Below are positions 49,001 to 62,800 of a DNA stretch of 64,000 nt, one piece after another. Position numbers and translations under genes: made by a program. Origin of the DNA: Blasia pusilla (taxonomy: Eukaryota). How positions within the stretch are numbered: the first letter of the stretch is position 1; every line of letters starts with the position of its first letter. The notes under the pieces were generated by a model, which was not told the origin of the DNA, ran no database searches, and saw only the letters and a list, made by a program, of their open reading frames with translations. The stretch is from the NCBI GenBank assembly GCA_050084515.1, contig CM114271.1:29140001-29204000 (forward strand), read 5' to 3'.

Positions 49001-51562
49001 ACTGTGTATTCAGTGCTCCGCTGCTGGAAGGAATCTTCTTAAGGGGGAATGCGCCGTCTTCATAGCGACCGTATGCAGAAATGTGGACAAGAGGATTATA
49101 GAACTCGTAGAAGAGAAAAATCCATTCGCGCACAACTGGAAGGCATCGACCAAGAATCTTTGAATCCGCCCTCGCTTGACTTGGTCCACTACCTGCTCTC
49201 CGGTCTTTTAGTCTCCTACGATCAGTCTGGTGAGGTTATGAGGTGACAGGCATCAATCAATGAATTAAACGTCTCCAGAACGTGCGTGAGCGATACGATG
49301 CCCACTCCAGGCAGGACTGCCAAACTCTGCACACCGCCATGCTCCTCAGCCGCGGACTCCCATTTCAGATGACAGACACACTATCTTTCTCGAGTTCGAG
49401 GGTCGCTTGACGGAGTGCGTCGGGCAGAGGAGGCAAAAGCGCTGCGACACCGCGGCGATTTAAGGACTTCGGTTCAAACAGGGTGCGCGATTCGCTACCA
49501 CCACTTACAGCCTGGGAATATGTTAGGGGATCACTACGATTAATTAGAACCTAGATATCTAAACTTTTCGAGATGATTGAAATTATTTCATGAGATTTTT
49601 ACGAGTGCTAGCATTAGACATAACAACAAACAATCGCGGCAAAAGAAAACGCCTACCCTAAACTGCATGCATCCTCACCAGAGTCTTTTCCCATCACTAA
49701 GGTTGGATCAAACTTCAGCTTAATCTCTACCTTCAACTGGACGTTGCACGACATCCCTTGGATGGATAGGTCAAACCGAGAGAGATAAGTAAACGAGCTA
49801 CTGTCATACATCTTACGAGATAGCCCACAAAACGCAACCAAAACATTTGGAGTTCCTACAGACGGCGGATGCCAGACCGCCTCTACATTGCTTCTAACAC
49901 AAGAGCCTAGTACCCAACCATTCTCGGCATGTCAAGGCTGTGTTTTCCTCACTACTTTCTATTGTCGAGGATTGCTATTAGGACCACCTAAGCTGAGACT
50001 CCTCGCAGCTTACAGTTACGGCCACGAAAGTGTATGTGTACCTAATGGGTGACCAGGAGATAACCTCAAGATTAGACACTGCAGGTCACAGGACAGACAT
50101 CGCCTCACTATTATAGAATTCTCCACATCAAAAGAGAATAGGGTATCCTTCCCATTTCTTGAAAGAAATTTATGAAGGTAGACTACTATGCATCAGGATT
50201 CAAGCCTGTCTTCAATACCTGTGCCAGCCCTTACATTACTGCTCTTCCAAGTAACTGGGGCTTCAAAAGCAATCTCTTGCTCCAGGCGACTGAGTTACAG
50301 AATCTTCACTGCAAGCTCAACACATCAACAACAATAGCGATATTTTGGACAGATCACATTCAAGACATCGAACATAAATAGCAACAGCACATTCCCATAT
50401 ACACAGCCAACAGTCAGTGAGTCTGTGTGTGTGTGTGCACGCATGCCAACAAACAATTGCCCAGAATATGGAGTCACCACATTATACCACACAACAGAAA
50501 GACATTCTTTTCTAAAACATTGACCACAGTAGGAACTCGATATGACCTATCCTGTGTCATCAAATTCTGTTTGGGCATTTCACGTCACCTTTCAGCACTA
50601 CTTCTCACTGGCTAAAAGAGATAGCCAAGCTGAGAGCAGCAGACAATTGTCATTCTTTATACTCTGATCAAATCTCTTGTTGACATCTTTCAGAACATAG
50701 AAGAAAAGGCGGTCACAACACCTGTGGTTGGATATTCGATTCGAAATTATTGCACCGATATCAATGGCTGAACTAAAAGAATGAGTAATGCCTAGATCCA
50801 GAGCCTACAAAAGCCCAAATGAGGCTCACCAAACTGCCTCCACCAGTTGTCTCCGACATAAAGGGATTTTAGTATCTAGGTAATCACGAAGGAATATTTC
50901 TAAAGTTTCATCTCTGCGTGGCTATATCTACTAGTAAATTATGCAAGTCTACCATGGCCATTCACAACTATTGCACAGTGGTGACATTTTCAGACATGCA
51001 GTGTTTGCACCTGGGCTTGCATAGTTCCATGAACCAAACCTGAATGTCAATCTACACTCATTATGGTCTCAGTTATGTGGGAACTGAGCCAATCTCTCCA
51101 AACCGATGGAGATTTTGACTTGCTAACTTGATAGGTACAAAGCCCCAAAAAGTTCCCCACACACGCTTGGTAGAAGAACAGATCATGCACGAGCATACTT
51201 ACTCATGCACCAACACCAACCATGAACTGTTAACAGACCATGGGGGCACATAACTGAATAGAGATTTCATTTGACTAATGGATGAAAGACGCAGTTGGAA
51301 CAACAGGGTGAATAATCCTCAGACCAGATGCTCTTATTATACCTTTCACTCCCCTACTGATCATGATCTTATCTGAGAATGTAAAGGCTGGTTTACAAGA
51401 GAATCTGACAAACTTAAGTCGGTCCCATCCAGTGAGCAATAGGTGTCATATTCCACCCATCCATACTGCAGAACTACAGGCTTCAAAGCCCACTCTCCCA
51501 AAAAGTCGCAGACGATATACATCTTGCACTTAACAGTAGCAGAAAGTTGAAGTACGAAGCCC

Positions 51563-52474
51563 TTATGCATTAACACCAAACACGAAGCCATTACTGAACC
51601 AAGGCACATTGGTGGAAGGAATTTGATTTCGAACAGGTGACCGGAAAGTATTAGGGGTGACAGGATGACTTATTTGTAGCCCAGAGGCACGAAGGACTTG
51701 TTTGGCATTTATACAGCACGGCTCTGCATAATCAGTGAAAAATGTTGGCGCTCCTTGAGATTTGATGACCTCCAGAGCACCAGCCCAAGTTTCTGAACGG
51801 TCCAGTCCCGCATTAAGAGCCACCACAATATGAGGTGGTTGCAGAGCATTGGCTTCTTCCTGATAAAGGCCCTGCACGTACGTCACCTTCATCTTCCTGC
51901 CCAGGCTGGTTACCTCACCTGACAAAGAGCTTGGAACTTCTGGTCCGACCATCACAATGTGCAGGCTCCCAGATCCACTCAGTAAATAGCCGATCTCAGT
52001 AAATGCTGGCAGCCAGTCAAGCTCGCCTTCAGGTCCCAAGTAATGAACCACAACCTCCCTACCCTTCGCCAACAAGTTCTTGGTTGTTACGCAAATAGAC
52101 GTTAGAATATTGTAGACAGTGAGAGGGAAAGATAGGATTGCTGCCACCGGACTGGACAGAGGCAAACCTCGCAAATTGTAGTACTCTCCCCATCCTGACA
52201 AAAGAATTGCGCTTGAACCATTACTCTTATCAAAGTCTAAGAGAGGCGCATCAGGCGGGTAGTTTCCATGCTCTACGCCCCATGCGCCAGCCCAACCACC
52301 TCCCTCTGGAGGAGGCAATTGACCAAAAGGGCAATGTCTAAAGCAGCCACAAAGTCTCCTCCACATTCCTTTGCCATGGAGTCCCACGTGTTCCAACCAC
52401 TTGCAAGGTTGCTCCGCCAGGTATGGAAAAGTAAAACCTTTGATCTCCAACTCATCTACTCGCTCCATCATTGC
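51563..52474 (-). CDS. MYND zinc-finger protein, exon 2 (MSS51-like C-terminal domain)
   Basis: AG acceptor at 52476-52475 gives an in-phase join YK|AMMERVDEL; LSFPLTVY, VVHYLGPEGEL, IVMVGPEV, VALNAG, FFTDY, PNTFRSP, SNGFVF are typical of the MSS51/ZMYND15 C-terminal domain. Confidence 0.88.
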   Translation of the reverse strand, partial: AMMERVDELEIKGFTFPYLAEQPCKWLEHVGLHGKGMWRRLCGCFRHCPFGQLPPPEGGGWAGAWGVEHGNYPPDAPLLDFDKSNGSSAILLSGWGEYYNLRGLPLSSPVAAILSFPLTVYNILTSICVTTKNLLAKGREVVVHYLGPEGELDWLPAFTEIGYLLSGSGSLHIVMVGPEVPSSLSGEVTSLGRKMKVTYVQGLYQEEANALQPPHIVVALNAGLDRSETWAGALEVIKSQGAPTFFTDYAEPCCINAKQVLRASGLQISHPVTPNTFRSPVRNQIPSTNVPWFSNGFVFGVNA

Positions 52475-52931
52475 CTACAGCAGAACACATTCAACCATTA
52501 AATCACAAAAAATGCTTTTGAATATTGGAATAACATCCTAGACTTGACTGGCAGTGGTTGGCAGCGACAGAGGACTTCCGTGAACTATCATCCTCTTTCC
52601 AACAGACCAATGATCAAGCGATTCTACAGGTGCAAGCCCGAGGTACTGCCCACCACAAGCTCAGATGACCCAATTTAGGCTGACATCCTCAAAAGAACGA
52701 CTCCCAGCAGACCCCAGGAAGGAGGGTACCACCACCAGAAAAGAAGCAACATGTTGCGATCTACTTCTCTTGCCCGAACAGGGTACCATAAGCAGGAACG
52801 AACTTCTAGAGTAATACCCCAGCGTACACCGCGAATTTGAGATTGACTTCAAAATGTAACTAACTCATACGACACCTGAGAATAGTTCAGCTGCATACAA
52901 AACTACGCGACAGGGACTCGGCCTTCATTAC

Positions 52932-53885
52932 CTTGTAAACCTCGCAAACGCCTTTGTGCACCTCCTTCCAATCCTGCTTTTGACAAACGTGCCCGCAATA
53001 TATGACAGCTTTGCATCGGCTGCACCTTGGTGCTCGTTCTGCTGGCACCTCTTTCTCGCAAACTACACATTGACGAGGTACTTCCGTCTTTCCAGAAGAA
53101 AGATCCAAAGTTTCTGCCAGCTTTGGAATCGAATTACCGTTCTCATCGTGCTCATCTCGAGGGGGATGGTTAACTCGCACAACCACGGACTTTTCCCGCA
53201 AGTCTTCAGTCGGATAAGAAACGTCCACAGTCTGCGAAAACTCCTCAAAAACCTGAGAGACACTGTCGGCTACCTGAAGTTTCGGATGAACTTGTGCAAG
53301 AGCCCTCACACAGGCATACAGCCATCTCAGCTCCTCGATCAACGGATTCCGGAAAGATGGGAATCCATCTGCGATCGACTTGCTAGAGTGCAACACATCT
53401 AATGCTGGGTAAGCTTTCGGTCCAGCTACTTCTAGGCCCAGTGATTTAAACATCTTTTTATTACCAGGTGAGAGCTCTGCCTCGGGACCAAAGGTAATGC
53501 GCAAGAGACCCCTCTGGGGAATGTACTTCCCATTCCCTCCCTTGACTCCATTTATTCCAACAGCATCCTCCTCTGAACGCAGGACATTCAGCCCAAAATC
53601 ACCCGCTGCACGACCTCCGATAAACTGTACACAAGAGAAAGGTTGCCGAGCATCTGGCCAGTCGGAAGCCTTGCCCACTCTTACACCAAATAAATGTGAA
53701 GACTTCAAGCGCTTCCAGGGATGCGACCGCCACAGTGCCGCAAGGGCCCGGAATAAAGCTTTGATAAAGGCAATGCTCACGCCCTCCACCTTAAGCAAGG
53801 AAGTACCAGAGCCCGAGCCCAATCCTGGGCCAAGTCCGAATTGCTGTTGAAAACTGCCAAAAAGTTCCTTCAGATGAGTATCCAT
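52932..53885 (-). CDS. MYND zinc-finger protein (ZMYND15/MSS51-like plant family), exon 1
   Basis: ATG at 53885 (MDTHLKELFGSFQQQFGLGPGLG, recalled as a conserved plant N-terminus); MYND finger CVVC...CSRCKAVIYCGHVCQKQDWKEVHKGVC; GT donor at 52931 after YK. Confidence 0.88.
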
Positions 53886-56800
53886 AGTTCTAGAGAAACC
53901 TCTTTCCTCTGTCAGACCCGCCCCCAAAAGATCGGCTTCCCAAGATCCGCGGCTTGCATGTGGATGAAATGTCCTTCCCCTGCGTCCAACCCTCGCAGAG
54001 TGGCTGATGCCGGAGAGATCACCTCCCGAAACAACGAGGAAATCCCTGACTTTCGCTTGCGAGGCTGAGGAAGCCTCGCCTTCAAAGACCAAAGAATTTC
54101 AAGCTCGCAGCTTCTCCCGCGTGCGCCATGGTATCCATCACGGAGGATCCCACGGCAGGGCAGGAATGGCAACGCCCCAACCCACCAAAACGAAATAAAT
54201 ATCCTCACGATAGGTATGAAGATGTGAAAAAGATACGTGTCAATCCAAAGATTAAACCCAGCTTGACTCCACGCCTGCAGCAAATGTCTCGTTCTCCAAA
54301 TTGTCCTTAGTACGTGAGCACCATCGACAACCTCTTCATAAAAGACCCCAAGCGAAACGCTAACGATAAGTACAGAGCTAGCGCTACCGCACTTTCTACG
54401 AATCCCATACAGCGAGACACTTAAAAGCCCGTCTCCCGGCCTCAATGTTCCTTCCCCAATCAGCCGACCGACCGACCGACCCAAGGATCAAAGCTCTCTC
54501 GCGCCTACACCAAAAATCTTCTGCACTCACTCAGCAGCACATCGAAAAGTCCGGAATCACCAAACCTGTACAACTACAAAAATTTACCGCTGAGATACCA
54601 ACATGCGCCGCGCATCAGGTATTCCACCGCCTCCGCAAACTATACCGAACCTCGGGCAATGCTCTGATAAAGACAAACTCAAAAGAAATGTCACGCCTTT
54701 GTGCGGGTCCAATTGTCCTCTCCACTGCTTCAACTTTCAGGAGCTTTGCAGCGTCGCCTTCCCAATAATGCCTCTCGCACTTCGGCTACCTCTGTCCGAC
54801 GGTCCTTCCATCCTCTGGGACCCGAAGGCGCGGCTACCGCCAGATATTTCGGCCCACATGAGGATAATACGGAGGATAAAGAATGGCCGTCTTCTATTTA
54901 CACCGGCAGTCAGCGATCCGACAGGCGATGCTCTAATCGGTCCTTCACTGCTATTTCAAACCAAACAAAAAGGATCCTATCGCTTGCCGGTGCACAGCAC
55001 AGCGATGCCCTTGTATCCAGCGGATAATATATTGAAACTGGTGACTATTACTTATCATCGGTCCACGACTGGCTGCAGCACATCAATAAGCTTCTATCCA
55101 TAATCCGGACTACTCCCTGTTTAAGATAATGTTTTTAATTTTAATTAATTATAAAATGAATATGGAGGCCTAATTGGGCTCTAAAAAGTATACTTATATA
55201 AGACTTTCTATGTTTGGCATCTCCATGAGACTACCAAAAGTTTTGGTGGGGATTGAAATATCCATGGCCCTCTCGCCCCTCTCGATTGCATGATAGATGG
55301 CGGTAAAAGTTAGGCATTTGTTGCCGCAGCAAACTAAATGTGTTCGAAGGGCTTGATACGGAAAATGATGAGTGAGACTTGAGTGGTCTCATGAATTTTG
55401 TCATACCAACATACCCATAAGTTGGTTCCACTTGAGTGGAACCACCATGTGAGGTTGTAGAGGATGAGTAGAGGTCAAGAAGGAGGACTGTTTTTTATTA
55501 GAGTTTAAGTGGTGATTCCCTCTTAGAGAGCCATGAGGATCTAAAGGAGAGTATGAAGACTAATGCAGACCTTGAAGTATATTGATAGAGAGATTTATGC
55601 AACACATGCACAATTAGATTCCTTAGATCATTTTCTTAATTAGCAACTCCAAGAAGGCTAGATCGAGCTTAAGCGTCATGCATATTTGCACCCAACTGTG
55701 ATGATCGATTAAGTGATGAAAGTCCATATTGGGTTGGAGTAGGCATTATGCCTTGCTTAGCCACATGCAAGCATAGATGATAGATATGATGGAGCCATCT
55801 TAGACTACTATAACAAAATAAGAGATATAGCTCAATATTGTACTTCTTTGCATAAAAGATTGTGTGGCACACTAGTTACGTACCCTCTAGCCACATAAAA
55901 CAAGTTAATAGCTCTATTATCATGAGATGAGTATATAGGCCAACTTTGGATCAATTTACATCATAAATCATTCACATTGATTTAATTGAATGTGTTTGCG
56001 TGACTTGCATAAGGATTTCGGTGGAATGGATTTATCCTATTTTCTTCTCATGCAACATACAAAACTTGTTGTAAAATAGGATATTTGACATTCTTTGATA
56101 ATAATCAATAATCGTGATTAAAAAATAATTGGGAAATAAAAATATGCCATTTTTTTGCTTTTAATTTTTTTTGAGTTTCTTTTGAGTCTCTTTCATAACT
56201 TTTTGAGTATAAATTCCCTCAAAAGTCATTAAAAATAAGACCTTTTGTATATCTTATAAGTGTTTAACAAGCATTCTGTTGCAGTAAGAAAATAGCCTTT
56301 CATATTCACAAAGAACTTAAAGTTTGCATTTCCTTGATAACTTATTTGCGAATAGGTTGGATTCCAAGACTCTTAAGCTTACTATTGGTTTTCAATTGTG
56401 GTATGATTAGTTTACATGTATCTTTTGAGTCTTTGAATCCTCAAAATGTTATTACTTAGAGTAGTAACGGTGGGCCCTCTACATAAAACTTGAGAGCATT
56501 GCACTTGCCTAGTGCATTGCATGAGGAAAAATAGTGGTGGAACTTGAGAGGTGAGGAAGATAAGAGGTGCACATGGAATTGTGCCAAAAAAAAGTGGATA
56601 GTAAAATATCCATTTTGATGGATGAGAACAGATTAATGAGATAATTCTTGGGGTGATTTTCTTGCATTAGGAGAGTTAAGATACATACAATGTTATGTTC
56701 AATGAGGGACAAATAAAAATGTGATTTTATTTGGAATTGTTAGTTTATTAAACTTATTAAAATAGTGAAAAAGTAATGAGAGAGAGAGAGAAATAGATGT

Positions 56801-59800
56801 TATTAAAAAATTCCAGATTGTTATCATTTCAATCCAGTTCATTGGCCTTCATCAATCTCTCATTGGATGTTATTGAATTTTCCTCTCTCACTCCCTCTGA
56901 AAGCTATACAAGTGAATGAGAAATTAAAATCAAAAGCATAGGGAGGTAAAGTAGGAGAAGAAATCTCATAAACATTGATGGCTCTTCAATGATTCTTAAG
57001 AAACCTCTAGCAAAATGGCCTTTCCATTGATGTGAAAGAGAAATTTATGGACTAGGTGATGTGCGTGTTTTTATCTTGGTTGTGATCAATCTACTGGAAA
57101 AAAAATCCACAAATTCTCCATCATTTCCCATCGACTGAAAAGATAAATAAAATTATCTTACAATACTTCCATTATTTTTATCAATGCATTGCATTATATA
57201 TATATTTATATATTTATATATTTATATTTATATTTATTTATTGGGCTCCATATTAATAAAATTTCTTAATATGCAACACAACATTCCAAAACACTTAAAA
57301 ACAAGAATAAATAAAAACTTTAATTAAATTATTTTTTTCACTTATTCTTGTTTTTTTTTTCGCGAGATTTCTCCCATTATGTACCTTCTCTCTCATAAAA
57401 ATTAATTAAAGGATCCCTCCATCTTTATAATTTTCCTATACTATCCACACAAATCTTTCTTACCTCCACACTTTTTGTACCTCTAATCTCTAGAGGAATG
57501 TAGAAAATCATTTTGTCTTTCTCTTCCTTTTCTACTCTATGATCTATTTTATTCCCTCAAATCGTCATGAAAGGGTAGGGATGGGGAGATGGAGATAGAG
57601 ACAAATTTCCTCCCTTGCTCCTGGGGAATAGGTAGGGATTGATTGATCATCCTTTCTCTTTAGAGAGGACCTATTTATCTCTGGCCCTTTGGATACAAGA
57701 AAGAATCCTCTCCAACTCTCCTATCTTTATTCCTCTCTAGAGGGATAGAGAGCTTATCCCTCCATTTGTCTCCCTTATCTATCTCGCCCCATCTATAGAT
57801 AGGAAGGAATATAGACGTCCTTCAAGCTCTCTTAGCATGAATGACATCTACACAAAGTTTATCCCTCCATCTGTCTCCCTTATCTATCTCGCCTCTTCCA
57901 CATCATTATCTTTCTTTATCCTCTCTATACCTTTCTATAATGTCATACATATGAATAGTTTGATACAATTGCAATCGAAAGATTCATTCGCCAAGAGGAA
58001 TTTCATAGAAAACAACAAATTATCATGTATACTATTATACATATAGGTTAAAGCACCCACATTTTTTTTGCATATATGAATAATCTATGTTGTTGGAGTG
58101 GTGGAGTAAATAGGTGGGTATGACCAAGAGAAAAACATGTGTCCTACAATAATAGTATGAGTGTGATTTTCCTAGTTTATAACCTATATAACTAATATTC
58201 TTCAACGATATCGTATTGGAAAGGAGATGGAAAATTACCTTGCATTAGACCTTAACCTTGTAGAGAGATTCACCCACTCTCTTGCCAATGCTCAATCATT
58301 CACGTAATTATAATGGCATTTTTGGATCAAGAACTTGGATGAGCGACGTACGTTGACTAAAAAATACCGAACATGTTGAAATTTTGAGCAAGAGTCGCAA
58401 GCATCTAAACATGACACAAATGTTTTTTGGAGATATTTTGGAGTGGTGGAGGAGGTATTATAGTTGGACTTCTACACCTTCCAAGTGCTTGCCTTATAGG
58501 GATGATGGCATTGGATTCTCCTTTGAGGCCTCGTGCCTCCATTTTCAATTTGTTATGGATGATTTTGGTGTGTTTAGGGCGGAGTCCTTGTGGACACATG
58601 ATGCCACCAACAAGACAATAGAGAGATCAATGAACCCTTTATCTTTCACTCACAAGTAGAGTAGTGTTTCTACATCAAACACATGTCCCTTAATGGATAT
58701 ATGGAAGTATATTATTTACATATAGGAATAGACAAACTTTGCAAAATATGGGCAATGTGCATCGCCATGTAGAATAACAGACATAATAGATTGCATGAAC
58801 ATTATATATTTTTATTACGCTCCAATGGATAATTTACATGCATAATTAATAATGTTCCTAAGTTATTATCTTACCTTCATACGGTGCTCCAATTTTTTGA
58901 TCATTGATGAGTTTGCATAATTGCCTCTACTGGGAAGCCTTCATGACATTGAGTCTATGATAAACTCTCCCGACCATATTATACGTATCTCAACGTAGTA
59001 CTCCTTGAAAGGTTTGAGGCTCTTCCGTATGAGACACATATTCCCTCTTTTTTTACTTTTTTGTGTACTCAAACTTGGGTTCAAAGTCTTCCTATCATAT
59101 GCATCCTATCAAGCATATCCTAATATTGGTAGCTTGAGGCATCCTATGATGTTTTAAGAGGTACTACGATTGATATTCAGATTTCATTCAATCAATATAC
59201 ACACAAATAAATATACATCTCTCATCAAAGGAACTAACAAAAATAGAACCTCTTGCACCTCATTGCAGTGCCAACTAGCCATATCACGAACTCAATTATC
59301 TCCCTCCTTTAACTCTCAAGATATTTCCCATTTCCATTCTAACCAAGCATAATTACAAGCATGAAATGAGAACCATGGCCTCTAGGAGAACCCTTTTTCA
59401 AGGAATGGATATCGGACGCCTACTCTTCTTGAACGTCAATATCAAGTATTGCGGAAATGATACACACACACACACACTACGAATCCGCACCCCAAACACA
59501 CTCACATTAGTTTGGTTTGGGTTAATGAGCCTTCCAACTCCACAAGTTTTCAACTCGGGCTATTCATCAAGCTCAAACCTCCTAGTTCTTCACTTTCCAA
59601 CATGGGTAAGTCTTTCTAGATTTGGGACAGACTTTCTACATAGTCTAAGCACCTAAAACAATGTTTGCACGCATATCGGTTCTAACTGTCCAAAGGACCT
59701 CGCATGAGTCCCTAATCGAGACCCAAAAAATGAGTCATAGGTTGGAATCCAAGAGTGACCTTTAAAATCTACTCCTTTGGACTTGGCCAGGGATTCTTAC

Positions 59801-62800
59801 CCCAATACCAACCTCTCAATCCATTCCGTGCCCTTGGTTCTCCCTGTGGCTCTCCAAAGTGGATTTTAGGTCCCCAGCACCCTTGGAGACTCTCCCCCTT
59901 ACTAGTAGTTGTGGGGTTCTCCGCCCTCCCCCTATCTTTGGAAGAAGGACTCTTAGGCTACTCCTTTTGGTCTTCAACTCAACTCCCCATTCAATTGTTT
60001 TTGGAAAGTTTCTCAACCTCTGCTATGCGCTTGTTAATATCTTTAGTGAGTTAGAACCGGATTTGCATAAGCTTTCCAGTGCTACCTTATTCGTTGCAAA
60101 TGCATCTTATGTCCAAAATTTATGGTCCAAAATATAATAAAATCCCAAATGCTAGTCATGTTCTAAATGCTATTCTCAACCTATATGGTAACCACTCTTC
60201 CTAGACTCAACTCCTCTTAAATATTGGTTCACATTTGGTTTGGTTTTCCTTAGTCGCGACCATAAACGTATGAAATTCTTTATCTTGCTCTCGTCTAATA
60301 TCTTGTGTCTCCTAAGACTCTTCTCCAAAAGACCTCTCCAATGTGCAACCATCCTAGTATGAATCCACTAAAGTTTTGAAGTTCCACCTTGGCACATGTT
60401 TGACTATGAGCGTCGTGAAAATGGAAGACAACTTTCTATTTGCGACTCTTGATAGTCCAATCACAAGTCTCTTGCAACTTCAAAGGAAGATTCCATACTT
60501 TCAAAGAAAAATTCTCAATAGTTGCTCTTTGTATCAGATTTGCGAGTTCATTGCAAGCTTAGTGTGTGTGAGTTGTTACGCTCGCAATAAGTGATTTGTT
60601 GTATTGAATTGCAAAAAAATGTGAACTTGCAAATTTTGGTCAAACCGAAATCGAATTGTATGAACTGAACTCACAAACTGAAAATGAAAATAGAGTTGCG
60701 AAGGGGCAAAAAGTGGACTTGCAATGAGCTCTCGTCAATACCATTATCCCTAATAGTGACATGTTTTTATTTTCATAAAATTTTTATTTTTTATTTTTTA
60801 TCAACCACGTATAACATAATATGACTATCAAAAGAGAAAAAGTTATGGATATCTTATCATTCTTTGAGATGACACATGTTAACTTCTTAACATGATAAAG
60901 TCACAAAAACACACCTCAATTGATCTAAGATCTTTTTTTAAATTATTCTAACCTTATATAAGGTAAGATACACCTCATCATTCCTTTAAGAGATTTCACT
61001 TATTTTATATTCTTCTAAAAATAGTAAACATATAGTGATGAGCCTATACCTAATATCCATATTGGCACTCACTAGTTTATTAAAGGTTTTTTAACAAATA
61101 TTTGAATTTTAATAAGCATGAAAAAATCGGAGAGAAGATGTATTGGAGAAGTTCTTACCGTGATAATTTTTATTCGTTTATGATGGAAATTTATTAAACC
61201 AAAATTCACATCTTGGAAGAAGAAATTTTCAAGTTAAAATTCTCTCGAAAATTATTTTTTGAGTCATGTAGATTGACTACTTAGAAAACAAAAGTGTGAC
61301 CTCGTGCACTTGGTTGATGATAATCTAATTTTAAAATATGAGAATTTGTATTGATGTTTCTTTTGCCTCTAGGTATGTGCTACTAATTTTTTCGGGGTGT
61401 AAATTTTTGCATATTTATTCATTTTCCAAAAATAATCGTATGTACATAATAGAAAAAAATTGCTATAGAATATGATGCACCCAATTAATGGGTATTTCTT
61501 GAATTTTCATGGATAAATGCGTTTTCTAATCTTATGAGTTGTACTGCGAGGGCCAAATTGAAATCTTCATCCATAAGCACGGTTTGGAGACCAAAATTCA
61601 TTCATGGATTGATCAAGGTTCTCGATCGCAACATTCAACTTTGGGCGAGGGACCCACACTACTTATATAGCATAAAATATATAAATATAAATAATAAATT
61701 AAGGAGAACATATGTTATGAAATGTTTTTTAAAAATTAAATCTTGATTTATATTTTTCAATGAGAATACTTATACTATGCAAGAAACATGTTGAAAATCA
61801 TTTTCATGATAAGAAAGTGTGAATTAATAAATCTTATGTAATCCAATGAGATGTTTACATCTTCTTTCTTTTCTAGAATTATTCAAGGAAATTTTTATTG
61901 ATAGGTCACACCTATGAATGAACACTAATAAGAACTATGATTGGGTGTGCTTTATGCCATGTGTGAGGTTCAAATGATCATCCAATTTTTAACTAATACC
62001 TATAAAGTAAAGCAACCCCAAACATAGAAATATTGGAAAAGCATAACACCGAAAATAATGGAGGGCAAGTTTTGACTAGAAATGCACTTTGAAAGAGGTG
62101 AGAAAAAGCACCAGAATTATACATTATAAGGCCATATTCCAGAATCCAAAATTGAAGAAGTTAGCGGATCTTAAAAGTGACGAATGTGGTTCATTTCCCT
62201 ATAAAGAATGATTTATTTTCTAGAGAAAAGTGCTCATATTTACACTTTATCATCTATGATTTATCACACATGTGGCCCGGATTCGCTGGCACACGGTGAC
62301 TAACTAATGAGAAAGCACGAATCGCAAACAAATGCATGCCTTTATAGGGATCCATCGAGAAAGTTTCCAACATCGCATGTACAAACAACCCCAAAGGCCT
62401 CGTGCAAATATGGGCACAAGAAATTGGAGAGATCACTTTACAAGCATTCATTACATATTATAGGGCGTATCATGCAGAGCCTGAGGAATTATCTGATCCC
62501 CTTAGATTCCCCTTCTCTGGTCCCACTTACGAACTAGTACAACGGTACCCTCCCATATCGACCTCCGCAATTCGATGGTTTTGCATGTGATACTTAAGTA
62601 ACGTTTTATGATACGGTTACAAACTTTGTGTGTGTGAGGGAGAGTAGATCGAAATGAATTCAGTTCAGCCGGCGGCCTAGTCCTGAAGTGAGGCCACATG
62701 GCTTTTCATTTATTTAGGGACGGAGAGATTTACTAGAGATCAAACTTTAACGTTATTTGCGATGTGCACAACTTAGTATTAAGAAAAAATAAATTGAGGT

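Noticed and set aside
53886-54484. N-terminal extension of the MYND ORF and the overlapping 190-aa ORF
   Set aside because: Non-ATG starts and no recognisable domain; the family-like sequence begins at MDTHL (53885). An upstream exon cannot be fully excluded.
58380-58660. ILEWWRRY...QVLA resembling an hAT dimerisation-domain remnant
   Set aside because: Needs frameshifts, and the diagnostic SS..ER.FS motif is not visible; too weak to call.
59750-60400. KVELQNFSG..LGWL on the minus strand, like a gag N-terminus
   Set aside because: Short degenerate match with no other retroelement domains recognisable; probably old TE debris.
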